NCBI GenBank assembly: GCA_964386735.1 | Contig: CAYLTW010000003.1 | Coordinates: 6,919 to 70,918, forward strand | DNA: 64,000 nt | Source of the DNA: an uncultured Woeseiaceae bacterium | GTDB lineage: Bacteria > Pseudomonadota > Gammaproteobacteria > Steroidobacterales > Woeseiaceae | Reading direction: 5' to 3' | Shown here: positions 45,473 to 56,200 of the stretch, one piece after another | Numbering within the stretch: position 1 is the stretch's first letter | Layout of the letters: each line of letters opens with the position of its first letter | Translations under genes and position numbers: made by a program | The notes under the pieces: model-generated | Databases searched by the model: none | The model's input: only the letters and a program-made list of their open reading frames with translations | Told to the model about the DNA's origin: nothing

Positions 45473-46371
45473 GCGAACAGGCCTATCGCTGCGGCTATGT
45501 CGCTGTCGTTGGTCGGCCGAACGTCGGCAAATCGACGTTGATCAATTCGCTCATGGGGAGCAAGGTCAGTATTGTTACGGCGAAGCCGCAAACCACGCGG
45601 CATCGCATCATAGCCGTTCAAACAACAGATACGGCACAAATTCTTTTTGTCGATACGCCCGGGATGCATCGCAATGCGGGCAAGGCAATGAACAGGCTCA
45701 TGAATCGTACGGCCGTCAGTGCGTTGATGGATGCCGATCTCGTGCTCTTTGTCATTGAGGCAAGTCGCTGGACAGAGGAAGACGATGATGTGTTGAAGCG
45801 TGTCAGGGACAGTGGCCTGGCAGCGATCGCGCTATTGAACAAAGTTGATACTGTGCACCCGAGGGAGGCCGTTCTCGAACGATTGTCCGAACTATCGGAG
45901 CGGCACGATTTTGCGGAGATGATCCCGATTTCCGCGAAGAAAGGCGACAACATCAATGTGCTGCTTGAAAAGATTCCAGCATACCTGCCCGAGTCGCCAC
46001 CGTTATTCCCGGAGGAAATGCGAACCGATCGCAGCCGCGAGTTTCACGCGGCCGAAGTTATTCGCGAAAAACTGACCTTGATGCTGCACCAGGAATTGCC
46101 GTACGGATTGACCGTGCAGATCGAGCGATACGTCGAGGAGGACGCTCGGCTCGCGATAGACGCTATTATCTGGGTGGAGCGCGACAGCCAGAAGGGAATT
46201 GTCGTCGGCAAAGGGGGAAGCCGCCTGAAGCAGGTGGGCACCGCTGCGCGTGTTGAGCTCAAGAAGCAGCTGCAACAGTCTGTACATCTCGAACTGTGGG
46301 TCAAGGTCAAGCAGAACTGGGCGGACAACGAAAGGGACCTTCATACCCTTGGCTTTGATACACCGGGATGA
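45469..46371 (+). CDS. era: GTPase Era
   Basis: 300 aa. GRPNVGKSTLIN, DTPG, NKVD motifs and a KH domain. ATGA overlap with rnc. Confidence 0.95.
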   Translation: MSEQAYRCGYVAVVGRPNVGKSTLINSLMGSKVSIVTAKPQTTRHRIIAVQTTDTAQILFVDTPGMHRNAGKAMNRLMNRTAVSALMDADLVLFVIEASRWTEEDDDVLKRVRDSGLAAIALLNKVDTVHPREAVLERLSELSERHDFAEMIPISAKKGDNINVLLEKIPAYLPESPPLFPEEMRTDRSREFHAAEVIREKLTLMLHQELPYGLTVQIERYVEEDARLAIDAIIWVERDSQKGIVVGKGGSRLKQVGTAARVELKKQLQQSVHLELWVKVKQNWADNERDLHTLGFDTPG

Positions 46372-47114
46372 GCAGTCCGCGCCGAGTTCAACTGCACCCG
46401 GCCTACCTGCTGCACCACCGGCCGTTTCGCGATACCAGCCTGTTACTTGATGTCTTCAGTCGGGATCACGGCAAACTGGCGCTGGTCGCGCGTGGCGCGC
46501 GATCTCAGAAGTCAAGATTAAAGCCGCTTTTGCGGCCGTTTATGCCGTTACAGCTGTCGTGGTTACTGCGCTCGGATCTGGGCACGCTCACGGGCGCTGA
46601 ACTGGATGGCCCGCCACAGATATTGACCGGTGATGCGCTGATGTCCGGTTACTACGTTAATGAACTGATACTGCACCTCACGCACCGCCACGATCCGCAA
46701 CCCGAGGTATTTACCGCGTACGGGCAGACCATTGCCGGCCTCGCAGCACGACAGGATCCGGCACCAGCGCTGCGCGTCTTCGAAATAGAGTTGCTGAAGT
46801 TGCTTGGTTATGCACTGAATCTTGGTTACGAGGCAGCATCGCACGACGAGATTGATCCTGCCGCAAACTATGAATACCGGACGGAACAGGGGCCAGTGAA
46901 GGTCAGCCGGGACGCCGGGGCGATGGTATTCACGGGCAACATGCTGCTTGGAATCGGCGCGCAGCGCTTTGATGATAAGGACGTGCTGCGGGCAGCCGGT
47001 CGCTTGCTTCATAACGTCATCGCCTATCATCTCGGCGGCAAAGAGTTGAAGAGTCGCAAAGTTCTGGTCGACCTGAATCGCAGTCGCGCTAAAATAAAGA
47101 ACCCGACGAAGTGA
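46368..47114 (+). CDS. recO: DNA repair protein RecO
   Basis: 248 aa. AYLLHHRPFRDTSLLLDVFSRDHGKLALVARGAR is a RecO N-terminal OB-fold pattern. ATGA overlap with era. Confidence 0.9.
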   Translation: MSSPRRVQLHPAYLLHHRPFRDTSLLLDVFSRDHGKLALVARGARSQKSRLKPLLRPFMPLQLSWLLRSDLGTLTGAELDGPPQILTGDALMSGYYVNELILHLTHRHDPQPEVFTAYGQTIAGLAARQDPAPALRVFEIELLKLLGYALNLGYEAASHDEIDPAANYEYRTEQGPVKVSRDAGAMVFTGNMLLGIGAQRFDDKDVLRAAGRLLHNVIAYHLGGKELKSRKVLVDLNRSRAKIKNPTK

Positions 47115-47152
47115 CCATTCCAAAATCAGGCAGTTTCTGATGGACCAAATCT

Positions 47153-47890
47153 GTGCGCAATAGTCCCATTTTCCTTGGCGTCAACATCGACCATGTCGCC
47201 ACGCTACGGCAGGCGCGAGGCACGCCTTATCCCCGGCCGGTTGATGCCGTCGTTATGTCCGAGCAAGCAGGCGCCGACAGCATCACCGTCCACCTGCGCG
47301 AGGATCGCCGGCACATACAGGATCATGATCTGGAGGCGATCAAGTCGGTCATGCGAACACACATGAACCTCGAGTGCGCCGTAACCGATGAGATGCTGGC
47401 CATCGCCGTGAAAACAGCGCCCGGCGATTGCTGCCTCGTCCCCGAGAAGCGAGAGGAACTGACAACCGAAGGCGGGCTGGATGTCGTCGCGCAGATCGAT
47501 CGGGTGCGTGACGCCGTACAGCAGCTGGCCGGGAACGATATTCGCGTGTCGCTTTTTGTCGATCCCGACCCGGCGCAGCTCGACGCGGCAGTGGCAGTTG
47601 GTGCGCCGGTCGTGGAATTGCACACGGGACGCTACGCGGATACCGATGGCGACGAACAGGTCGCGGAGCTCGGACGCGTCAGATCGGCAGCAGAATACGG
47701 GCACGGCCTCGGTCTTGTGATAAACGCGGGCCATGGTTTGCACTATCAAAATGTTGCGGAGATTGCGGTCATCGAGCACATTGTCGAACTGAACATCGGT
47801 CACTCGATTGTTTCGCGCGCCGTGTTTGATGGCTTGTTGGTCGCGGTAAGCGAAATGAAACGGCTCATGACCACGGCACGTATCGCGTGA
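47153..47890 (+). CDS. pdxJ: Pyridoxine 5'-phosphate synthase
   Basis: 245 aa. [16 protein letters not shown]...[12 protein letters not shown]...VELHTG are PdxJ motifs. Confidence 0.94.
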   Translation: MRNSPIFLGVNIDHVATLRQARGTPYPRPVDAVVMSEQAGADSITVHLREDRRHIQDHDLEAIKSVMRTHMNLECAVTDEMLAIAVKTAPGDCCLVPEKREELTTEGGLDVVAQIDRVRDAVQQLAGNDIRVSLFVDPDPAQLDAAVAVGAPVVELHTGRYADTDGDEQVAELGRVRSAAEYGHGLGLVINAGHGLHYQNVAEIAVIEHIVELNIGHSIVSRAVFDGLLVAVSEMKRLMTTARIA

Positions 47891-47897
47891 TCTCGTC

Positions 47898-48287
47898 ATG
47901 ATTTTCGGCATTGGTACCGATGTCATCGAACTCTCCCGCATCCAGACCACGTTCGAGCGATTCGGTGATCATTTCGTGCAACGAATTCTGATGGACGAGG
48001 AACTGGAATTGTTTCACCGTAGCAAACAGCCGCTTCGATTTCTCGCCATGCGGTTCGCGGGCAAGGAAGCCGTTGTCAAGGCGATGGGTACCGGTTTTGC
48101 GCATGGTGTCTGGTTGCGCGACGTTGGTATCACGAGCAATGCCTGGGGCAGACCGCTCGTTATCTGGTCGGAGCGCGGACAGCGGGTTTGTGATCGACTG
48201 GGCATCGGCGCCGGTCATGTAAGCCTGACGGACGATGCCGGCCTTATAATCGCATTCGCGGTCGTCGAGGCGGCCGCTACCACCTGA
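47898..48287 (+). CDS. acpS: Holo-[acyl-carrier-protein] synthase
   Basis: 129 aa. MIFGIGTDVIELSRI...FAGKEAVVKA is the AcpS signature. Confidence 0.93.
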   Translation: MIFGIGTDVIELSRIQTTFERFGDHFVQRILMDEELELFHRSKQPLRFLAMRFAGKEAVVKAMGTGFAHGVWLRDVGITSNAWGRPLVIWSERGQRVCDRLGIGAGHVSLTDDAGLIIAFAVVEAAATT

Positions 48288-48307
48288 CAATCAGGCTATC
48301 TGACACG

Positions 48308-49081
48308 ATGCATTGCTTTTCCTTTGACATAGAAACTATTCCTGACGTCGAGTTCGGCCGCCAGGTGTACGGGCTGGAGGGCCTGGAAGACGAGGATGTC
48401 GCAACGGCCATGTTGTTCAAACGCCAGCAGGCAGTTGGCCATGACTTTTTGCCCTTGCATCAGCATCGAGTGGTTGCGATCTCGGTGGCATTGCGCACTG
48501 GAGACAGTTTTCGGGTATGGACACTGGGCGACGAGGATTCGAGCGAGGCCGAAATCGTGGGGCGCTTTTTCGACGGTATTGCGCGTTATACACCCGACCT
48601 CGTGTCCTGGAACGGCGGGGGCTTCGACTTGCCGGTACTGCAATACCGGGCGCTTAAACACGGCATCCAGGCACCGCGTTACTGGGAAATCGGCGAGTCC
48701 GACCGCGACTTCAAATGGAACAATTACCTGAACCGTTACCACTGGCGTCACGTCGATTTGATGGACGTGCTGGCGAATTTCAGTCCGCGCGCGAACGCGA
48801 AGCTCGACGAAATCGCGACGATGCTGGGTTTTCCCGGCAAGCTCGGCATGGACGGAAGCCAGGTTTGGGGAAAATACCTTGAGGGCGGCGTTCGCGAAAT
48901 TCGAAATTACTGCGAAACGGACGTGCTCAATACCTGGCTGGTCTACCTGCGTTTCGAGCATATGCGCGGCAATCTCGACGACAAGGATCTTGCGCGAGAG
49001 TACGCCTTGATTCGTTCCACGCTGGAGTCCATGCGCAAGTCTCACCTGAACGACTTTCTGGCTGCCTGGCCAGTTGCCTGA
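48308..49081 (+). CDS. Predicted 3'-5' exonuclease, PolB-exonuclease-domain-like (DEDDy)
   Basis: 257 aa. Exo I FDIET, Exo II WNGGGFDLPVL and Exo III YCETDVLNT motifs in the correct order and spacing. Confidence 0.8.
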   Translation: MHCFSFDIETIPDVEFGRQVYGLEGLEDEDVATAMLFKRQQAVGHDFLPLHQHRVVAISVALRTGDSFRVWTLGDEDSSEAEIVGRFFDGIARYTPDLVSWNGGGFDLPVLQYRALKHGIQAPRYWEIGESDRDFKWNNYLNRYHWRHVDLMDVLANFSPRANAKLDEIATMLGFPGKLGMDGSQVWGKYLEGGVREIRNYCETDVLNTWLVYLRFEHMRGNLDDKDLAREYALIRSTLESMRKSHLNDFLAAWPVA

Positions 49082-49084
49082 GCC

Positions 49085-50404
49085 ATGGCGAAGAGGAAAC
49101 CGCGCGAGCCTGAGACAGCACTGGTAGACGCCGTCACTCATGACGGCCGTGGTATCGCGGCGACCGACGGAAAGAAGGTATTTGTCGCTGGTGCTCTGGT
49201 CGGGGAAGAGGTCCGTTTCATACGGCGCAAGCGGCGCCGCAACTATGACGAGGCGGAGTTGCTCGAGGTGCTGAAGCCGTCGCCCGATCGTGTGGCAGCG
49301 CGGTGTGCGGCGTTCGGAAGCTGTGGCGGTTGTGCGTTGCAGCACATCAGTTGCGAAGAGCAACGCGACATCAAGTTTGCAACGCTCCGCGACAACCTGC
49401 AGCGCATCGGCAGGGTCGAACCCGTTAAATGGCTGGAGCCACTGACGGGCCCGGAGTGGCACTATCGCCGGCGCGCGCGGCTGGGCGTCAGAGACGTGCC
49501 TGGCAAGGGGAGAGTCCTCGTGGGCTTCCGTGAGCGACATGCTCCGTTTATCACTGACATGAAGCGCTGCGAGGTCATCGCGAAGCCAGTCGACGAGCTG
49601 ATCGAGCCACTCAGCGAGTTGATCGGGCGGCTTTCCATTCGCGCGCGTCTGCCTCAAATCGAGGTAGCGGTCGCCGAAAATGGTGTGGCGCTGGTATTCC
49701 GAGTGCTGGAGCAGCCCGGCGATGCCGATATGCGCTGTTTTCGCGAATTCGGGGAAAAACATGATCTGCGAATCTGGCTGCAACCCGGCGGGCTTGACTC
49801 GTTGCAACTCGCGTGGCCACAGGACGATCCCGGGCCGCTTACCTACGCCTTGCCCGAGTTTGATATCGAGGTCGCTTTCGAGCCGATTGACTTCGTGCAG
49901 ATTAACGGCGAGATCAATCGCCGCATGGTGACCGCGGCGATCGACTACCTGGCACCGGGTGCGAACGACAGGGTGCTGGACCTGTATTGCGGGATCGGCA
50001 ACTTCTCGTTGCCGCTGGGCCGCAATTCGGGCGAGGTTGTGGGCGTTGAGGGTGAGCCGGCACTGGTCGAACGTGGTGTCAGCAACGCAACGCGCAATGG
50101 CCTGACGAACGTCAGTTTCCGTTGTGCGGATCTTGCGGCCATCGACGGTGCTGAAACCTGGTTGCGCGAGAGTTGGGATCGCGTCTTGCTGGATCCGGCA
50201 CGTAGCGGGGCGGCCGAGGTGGTTCGGCACATGCGGACAATCGACCCGGAGCGTATTGTGTATGTCTCCTGCCATGCCGGAACGCTGGCCAGAGATGCGG
50301 GAACGCTGGTAAACGAGCTCTCTTACACGCTCGAGGCGGCGGGTATCATCGACATGTTCCCGCACACTGCACACGCTGAGTCTATCGCTGTATTTAGTAA
50401 ATAG
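49085..50404 (+). CDS. rlmD: 23S rRNA (uracil1939-C5)-methyltransferase RlmD (RumA)
   Basis: 439 aa. TRAM domain, Fe-S Cys cluster (CAAFGSCGGCALQH), SAM-binding LDLYCGIGNFSLPL and catalytic VSCH region. Confidence 0.9.
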   Translation: MAKRKPREPETALVDAVTHDGRGIAATDGKKVFVAGALVGEEVRFIRRKRRRNYDEAELLEVLKPSPDRVAARCAAFGSCGGCALQHISCEEQRDIKFATLRDNLQRIGRVEPVKWLEPLTGPEWHYRRRARLGVRDVPGKGRVLVGFRERHAPFITDMKRCEVIAKPVDELIEPLSELIGRLSIRARLPQIEVAVAENGVALVFRVLEQPGDADMRCFREFGEKHDLRIWLQPGGLDSLQLAWPQDDPGPLTYALPEFDIEVAFEPIDFVQINGEINRRMVTAAIDYLAPGANDRVLDLYCGIGNFSLPLGRNSGEVVGVEGEPALVERGVSNATRNGLTNVSFRCADLAAIDGAETWLRESWDRVLLDPARSGAAEVVRHMRTIDPERIVYVSCHAGTLARDAGTLVNELSYTLEAAGIIDMFPHTAHAESIAVFSK

Positions 50405-50452
50405 AATCATATAGTTATTGTGTTTTTTTAAAGGATTACTTATCTTCTGACA

Positions 50453-51499
50453 ATGTCCCTCGGACCTGTGATGATCGATATCGACGGCCCCGGCCTGACC
50501 CCGGCTGACCGCGATCTGTTGCTCGAGCCGGCTGTGGGCGGCGTTCTGCTCTTTGCGCGCAATTACGAATCCCCGGAGCGCCTTATTGACCTCGTTGCCG
50601 AGATGCGGGCATTGCGCAGTCCGCCATTGATCATCGCTGTGGATCACGAAGGTGGGCGCGTACAGCGATTTCGGACAGGCTTCACGAGGATTCCGCCGAT
50701 GCGGCGTATCGGCCGGGAATACGATCGCGATTCCGATGCTGCGGAGAAATTCGCCCGCCAGGCGGGTTGGGTGATCGCCTCTGAATTGCGCGTTGCGGGA
50801 ATCGACCTTTGCTTTGCACCTTGCGTTGATCTTGACTGGGGTGTCAGCGAGATCATCGGCGACCGCTCATTTCATCGCCTGCCGGATGTTGTCGGGGATC
50901 TTGCAGCCGCTTTTTCGCGCGGTCTTCGCAGTGCCGGCATGGCCGCAGTGGCAAAGCACTATCCCGGTCATGGCGCCGTGGTCGCCGACTCCCATTTGAA
51001 GCTGCCAGTTGATCGGCGTGAATACAGCGACGTCCTTGATGACATGCGTCCCTACGATAAGCTGATTGGCAATGGTTTGATCGCGGGCGTCATGACCGCG
51101 CACGTGGTGTACCGAGGGCTGGATGAGATGCCCGCGAGTTTTTCCGAGTACTGGATTCAACAGGAGTTGCGCTCCCGGCTGGGGTTTGACGGTGCGGTTT
51201 TTTGTGATGATCTGAGCATGCAGGCGACGCGCGAATATGGTGCGATGCCAACCCGCGCCAGGCGAGCGCTGGATGCGGGTTGCGACATGGTGCTTGTGTG
51301 CAACGATCGGCCCGCCGCGCAAAAAACTGTGGCATCGTTACGTGACTATTCGAATCCACTGTCGCTGGTAAGGCTTGCGCGCCTGCACGGGACGGGACAG
51401 GTATTGCGGGAGACGCTTTTCGCAAGCGAGGAATGGCAGCACGCAAGTGCGCAGCTACAGCGGTGGTCGGAACCGCCAGAGCTCAGATTGGACGCATGA
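50453..51499 (+). CDS. nagZ: Beta-N-acetylhexosaminidase NagZ
   Basis: 348 aa. GH3 family motifs IAVDHEGGRVQRF and KHYPGHG. Confidence 0.92.
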   Translation: MSLGPVMIDIDGPGLTPADRDLLLEPAVGGVLLFARNYESPERLIDLVAEMRALRSPPLIIAVDHEGGRVQRFRTGFTRIPPMRRIGREYDRDSDAAEKFARQAGWVIASELRVAGIDLCFAPCVDLDWGVSEIIGDRSFHRLPDVVGDLAAAFSRGLRSAGMAAVAKHYPGHGAVVADSHLKLPVDRREYSDVLDDMRPYDKLIGNGLIAGVMTAHVVYRGLDEMPASFSEYWIQQELRSRLGFDGAVFCDDLSMQATREYGAMPTRARRALDAGCDMVLVCNDRPAAQKTVASLRDYSNPLSLVRLARLHGTGQVLRETLFASEEWQHASAQLQRWSEPPELRLDA

Positions 51500-51500
51500 G

Positions 51501-52391
51501 TTGAAATCCAGATCGGTAAATCCGGAAATTCTTGAACAAGTCATCGCGGCATCGTCCGAACCCGTGATGATCGTTCGGCTCGACCACAATGACTGGCCGG
51601 TTGTACTTGCAAACAGTGCCTTCGAGGCGATCGGCGGTGATGCGGTGATTCGAAAGCCGTTCGCCGATGTCGTTGAAAAACTGGTAGGCCGTGAGCTTGC
51701 CCTCGAAATAAGCGAGTCACTGCGCTCGCAGCAGGAAACGAGTTTCCCGGTCGAGGTCGGTGGTCGCGAATACCTGCTCTGGCTAAAGCCACTTGCCGTC
51801 CCCAACGATGATATTGCACGTTTTTGTGCTGTATCCCTGCGGGGCGGAGCGGGCGGTAGTGCCGCGGCCGGATCCGACACGGACCATGCGCTGTTAAAGG
51901 CCAAACGGAAGATTCGCGATCTGACACGCAATGATGCCGTCACGGGTCTGTTGAACGACCGGGCGTTCGGGGAAGTTCTCGACCATGACTGGGCTGTTGC
52001 GTCGCGAGAAAAAAGTACGATCGCACTAGTGCTGTTTACGCTGGATGATTTCGATGCGTATGTCGAGGTGTTTGGCAGGCATGCTTCGGATTCCTGCCTG
52101 CGTCGTGTGGGCCAGGCGATTCGTCGCTGCCTGCGGCGGGCCAGCGACGTTGTCGCGAAAATGGACGGAGCACAGTTCGTCGTGCTATCGCACGCGTCCG
52201 ATGCAGACGGTGTGCGGGAATTTGCCGCAAGGATTTCCACGGCGGTCCGGGAACTCGGCTTGTATCACCCGCGTTCGGCAAGCGGGCGTTTCGTCACGGT
52301 GTCGCACCGCGTCTCAGCAGCGACCGCCGGGGATGACCCTTCGTCGGCGGCTGAGTTCTTTCAAGCGCTACTCGCTGACGACAGCCGGTGA
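51501..52391 (+). CDS. PAS-like sensor protein with degenerate GGDEF domain
   Basis: The GGDEF-domain fold is recognisable (DAVTGLLNDRAF...LFTLDDFDAYVEVFG...RASDVVAKMDGAQFVV). The start is uncertain. TTG 51501 lies just after the nagZ stop and ATG 51567 is the alternative. The longer ORF from 51375 overlaps nagZ. Confidence 0.8.
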   Translation: MKSRSVNPEILEQVIAASSEPVMIVRLDHNDWPVVLANSAFEAIGGDAVIRKPFADVVEKLVGRELALEISESLRSQQETSFPVEVGGREYLLWLKPLAVPNDDIARFCAVSLRGGAGGSAAAGSDTDHALLKAKRKIRDLTRNDAVTGLLNDRAFGEVLDHDWAVASREKSTIALVLFTLDDFDAYVEVFGRHASDSCLRRVGQAIRRCLRRASDVVAKMDGAQFVVLSHASDADGVREFAARISTAVRELGLYHPRSASGRFVTVSHRVSAATAGDDPSSAAEFFQALLADDSR

Positions 52392-53231
52392 CAGAAATTC
52401 TGTGTCGTCCGGGATAAATTCTTCCTCTTCTTCCTCGACGCGCAAAACTTTTGCAACAACGCCAAACCTGGGGTGGTCGTAGTAGCGTGTTTCCCCGTTC
52501 TTGAACAAGCGGTTTTCGCTGATTCGATACCGCAACGGTTCGTATTCCGGTTCAGTATCAAACAGGAACGTGTCAGATTCGTTTTGCGTGCGGTCATCGT
52601 TGTAGCGCAAAATCGGCTGCTCGAAAGACCGATCCGTCGCGCCAGAGCCCGGTTCAGGCTCGACTGCATCAAGCTCGAGATCGACGAACAGGTGCAGGTA
52701 CCGGCTCAGGTAGAGCGTCAGCGTGCCGGCAAGGCCGGGCGGAGGCTCGCCGAACTCGCGAAGATCCAGGGCTGGCGTGTCTTCCTCCGGCAACGCCGTT
52801 TGTGTCCAGCCAACATGAATAAGCGGCAAGTAGGAATCGAGGCGGTCCAGGTGATCGAGGATATCGGTCATCGTAAGCTCGTCGTCGTCGAGCAATACCA
52901 TCTCGAAAAGAGAATCCCCGGGTTCTTCGGGCTCTTCGGTGTCCGCCGCCGCATCGGCGAAGGTCGGAATCGAGTCGTCCGGTATCGTGCCTTCCCCGCC
53001 CGGCTCATACAGCGCAAGCGGATCGGGTTGGACGATCTCGATCACTTCAGGCAGAAAAACTTCCGTGCCGGCCGAGACATCGTCCGCGTAGGCGAACACG
53101 ATTACTTCGACCGTGTAACGACGTGGTGCGGGCTCCGCCGCCTCAAGGCTGTCCGGGTCGAGCAAAGGCTCCTGGGCGCACACGGCAGCGCTTGTGAATA
53201 TCGAAATCAGAAATAAAGTCAGTTTTCGCAT
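52368..53231 (-). CDS. CsiV-like periplasmic peptidoglycan-associated protein
   Basis: 287 aa. Signal peptide (ends AAVCAQE), YTVEVIVFAY motif and acidic stretches. Sits directly downstream of mfd, the usual neighbourhood for CsiV-family genes as I recall. The family call is tentative. Confidence 0.55.
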   Translation of the reverse strand: MRKLTLFLISIFTSAAVCAQEPLLDPDSLEAAEPAPRRYTVEVIVFAYADDVSAGTEVFLPEVIEIVQPDPLALYEPGGEGTIPDDSIPTFADAAADTEEPEEPGDSLFEMVLLDDDELTMTDILDHLDRLDSYLPLIHVGWTQTALPEEDTPALDLREFGEPPPGLAGTLTLYLSRYLHLFVDLELDAVEPEPGSGATDRSFEQPILRYNDDRTQNESDTFLFDTEPEYEPLRYRISENRLFKNGETRYYDHPRFGVVAKVLRVEEEEEEFIPDDTEFLSPAVVSE

Positions 53232-53238
53232 ACAGGTC

Positions 53239-56200
53239 TCAGCTGCGGGCCATCTCGTCGACTAGTCGGGTCGATCCTACAGGGTCTTTGACCGCAAGTT
53301 GCTCAAGCAGCTTCTCGATTGCGGCGAATCGTCGCTCGAGAACCGACAGGTCTTGCTGAAACCGCAGCCGGTGTGAGCCCTGCAGGCGATACGTTTGGCC
53401 GTTATTTTGCACTAATTGAACCAGTGCGACAGGGTCAATCCGGCTTTCGGCGCCAAAAATCAGGTAGCCGCTGCTATCGGCGGCATCAATTTTCTCGATG
53501 CCGAGCGCCATTGCCTGTTTTTTGATTGCAGCGATTCTCATCAGGTTCCTGGCGGGGTCCGGCAGCAGGCCAAAGCGATCGATGAGTTCAACCTGCAATT
53601 CCCGGAGTTCATCGGCCGACGTGGTCGCGGAAATACGCTTGTACAGAATCAGGCGCAGGTGGACGTCCGGCACATAGTCGTCCGGGAGCAGGGCCGGCAC
53701 ATGCAGGTTGATGTCGACACCTGCATCGAGTGGCGCCGTGAGGTCCGGTTCCTGCCCGGCGCGCAGCGATTCAACGGCTCTGGACAACATGTCCATGTAC
53801 AGCGAAAAGCCGATTTCCTGGATCTGGCCGCTTTGTTCATCGCCCAGCAATTCGCCCGCACCCCTGATCTCGAGGTCATGCGTGGCGAGCGTGAAGCCGG
53901 AGCCGAGTTCCTCCAGTGAGTCGATGGCTTCCAGACGTTTGATTGCGTCGGCAGACAGCACGGCTCTGGGCGGCGCGATCAGGTAGGCATAGGCACGGTG
54001 ATGCGATCGGCCGACGCGACCGCGAAGCTGGTGCAGTTGCGCCAGGCCAAAGCGATCGGCTCGATTGATGATAATCGTGTTCGCCGTTGGTACGTCGATG
54101 CCACTTTCAACGATCGTCGTGCATAACAGCAAATTGAAGCGTCGGTGGTAAAAATCGAACATGACCTGTTCGAGATCCCGTTCGGGCATCTGGCCATGAC
54201 CGACACGTATTGAGGCTTCGGGGACCAGCTTTTGCAGCTCATCCCGCATGCGGCCAATATCGTCCACGCGATTGTGTATGAAATACATCTGGCCACCGCG
54301 CTTGATTTCGCGCAAGCAGGCTTCGCGTACGATAACGTCATTCCACTCACTGACGAAGGTCTTGATAGCGAGGCGTTCAGCCGGTGGTGTCGTAATCAGA
54401 GACATGTCGCGCAGCCCGCCAAGCGCCATGTTCAGCGTCCGTGGAATCGGCGTGGCTGTCAGCGTCAGTATGTCGATGTCGCTGCGCAACGACTTGATTG
54501 CCTCCTTGTGGCGCACGCCGAAACGGTGCTCCTCGTCCACGATGACGAGCCCAACATCTTTGAAGTCCCTCGTGTGTCCCAGCAGGCGGTGCGTGCCAAT
54601 CACAACATCGATGGTTCCGGATTGCATGCCGGCGACAATTTCGCGTACCTGCTGTGCCGACTGGAAACGCGACAGGACCTCGATGCGAACCGGCCATTCT
54701 GCGAACCGGTCCTTGAAGTTATCGCCATGTTGTTGCGCCAGCAATGTCGTCGGTACCAGTATTGCGACTTGCTTCCCCCCGTAGACAGCGGCGAACGTCG
54801 CGCGCAACGCGACTTCTGTTTTGCCGAAGCCGACATCGCCGCAAACGACCCGATCCATGGGCTTGTCCGCGTTCAGATCGGCAAGGACGTCATCGATTGT
54901 GGCGGCCTGATCCTCTGTTGCTTCAAACGGAAAGCCGCTTTCAAACGCACGGTAGTCGGCTTCCGACCAGTGGAAACGATGGCCTGGGCGCGCGGCTCGG
55001 CGCGCGTACACGTCCAGCAACTCTGCAGCGACATCGCGTGCGCGATGCGCGGCGCGCTGTTTTGCACGGACCCACTGCTCGCTGCCGAGGCGATGCAGCG
55101 GCGCATTCTCGGCCGATGCTCCGGTGTAGCGCGTGATCAGTTCGAGTGCATGGACGGGCACGTACAGCTTGTCCTCGCCGGCGTACTCCAACTGCAGGAA
55201 TTCTCCCTTGATACCACCGGTTTCGATTGTCATCAGACCCAGATAGCGACCGACGCCGTACTCGGCGTGTACGACCGGTGACCCTGGTTGCAGGTCGTTC
55301 AATTGGCGAATAATTGCTTCCGGATCACGGTCCGACGGGCGCCTTTTCTTCTTTCGGGCGCGCTCGCCAAAAAGTTGCTGCTCACCGATGATGGCAATTC
55401 CGGCGTCCGGCAACAGCACGCCGTTTTCGAGCGGCGCGATCGCGACACCGATGCGCTCTCTTTGCTCAAGAAATCCGGCCCACGAATCCACCCTGGCGAG
55501 ATTGAGTCCGCGACCGGACAGCAGGTCGAGCACCTGCTCCCGACGACCGGGCGATTCGCTTGTAAACAGTACGCGACCTTCGAAATCGATCAGGAAATTC
55601 ATCAGTGCGCTCGCCGGATCTTCGAATCGCGCCTCAATTTTCAATGCCGGCGGTAATCGGGCAGACAGATTCAGATTATCTCCTGACTCGTTCAGCGATT
55701 GTGCGGAGTAACGAACGATAACCCTGTCGTTGAGTCGCGACAGTACAGATTCCACGTCGTAAAAGGTCTCGGTTGGCGAGAGTACCGGCCGCTCCGGATC
55801 AAGTCGGCACAGCTCATAACGTTCCTCGATTTCGCGCCATGCGGTTTGCAGGATTGGCGCCAGCACATCCGGCACGATCGTGACGCAATCCTCGGGAAGA
55901 TAGTCCAGCAAATTCGAGTTATTCCCGAAAAACAGCGGCAAGTAGTATTCGATGCCGCCGTGGGCAATTCCATCGGAAACCTCGCGGTAGACGCGCGAAC
56001 GGCTGGGCTGACCTTCAAATCGCTCGCGATAGCGCTCGCGAAAATCCTTGATGTCCCGGACATCGAGCGGGATTTCCCGCGCCGGGAGCAGGCTGATTGA
56101 CTCTACGACCTCGCCGGACATTTGTGTGGCCGGGGAAAAGCGACGCAAGGTCTCGACTTCGTCGTCGAAAAAATCGATGCGAATTGGTTCGTCCGAACCC

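Noticed and set aside
48296-50647. Very long minus-strand ORF (783 aa) spanning the exonuclease, rlmD and the start of nagZ
   Set aside because: It lies antisense to three plus-strand genes with unmistakable conserved motifs. Its translation is low-complexity and rich in R/A/H/Q, with no recognisable domain. Long stop-free antisense frames are a common artefact in GC-rich coding DNA.
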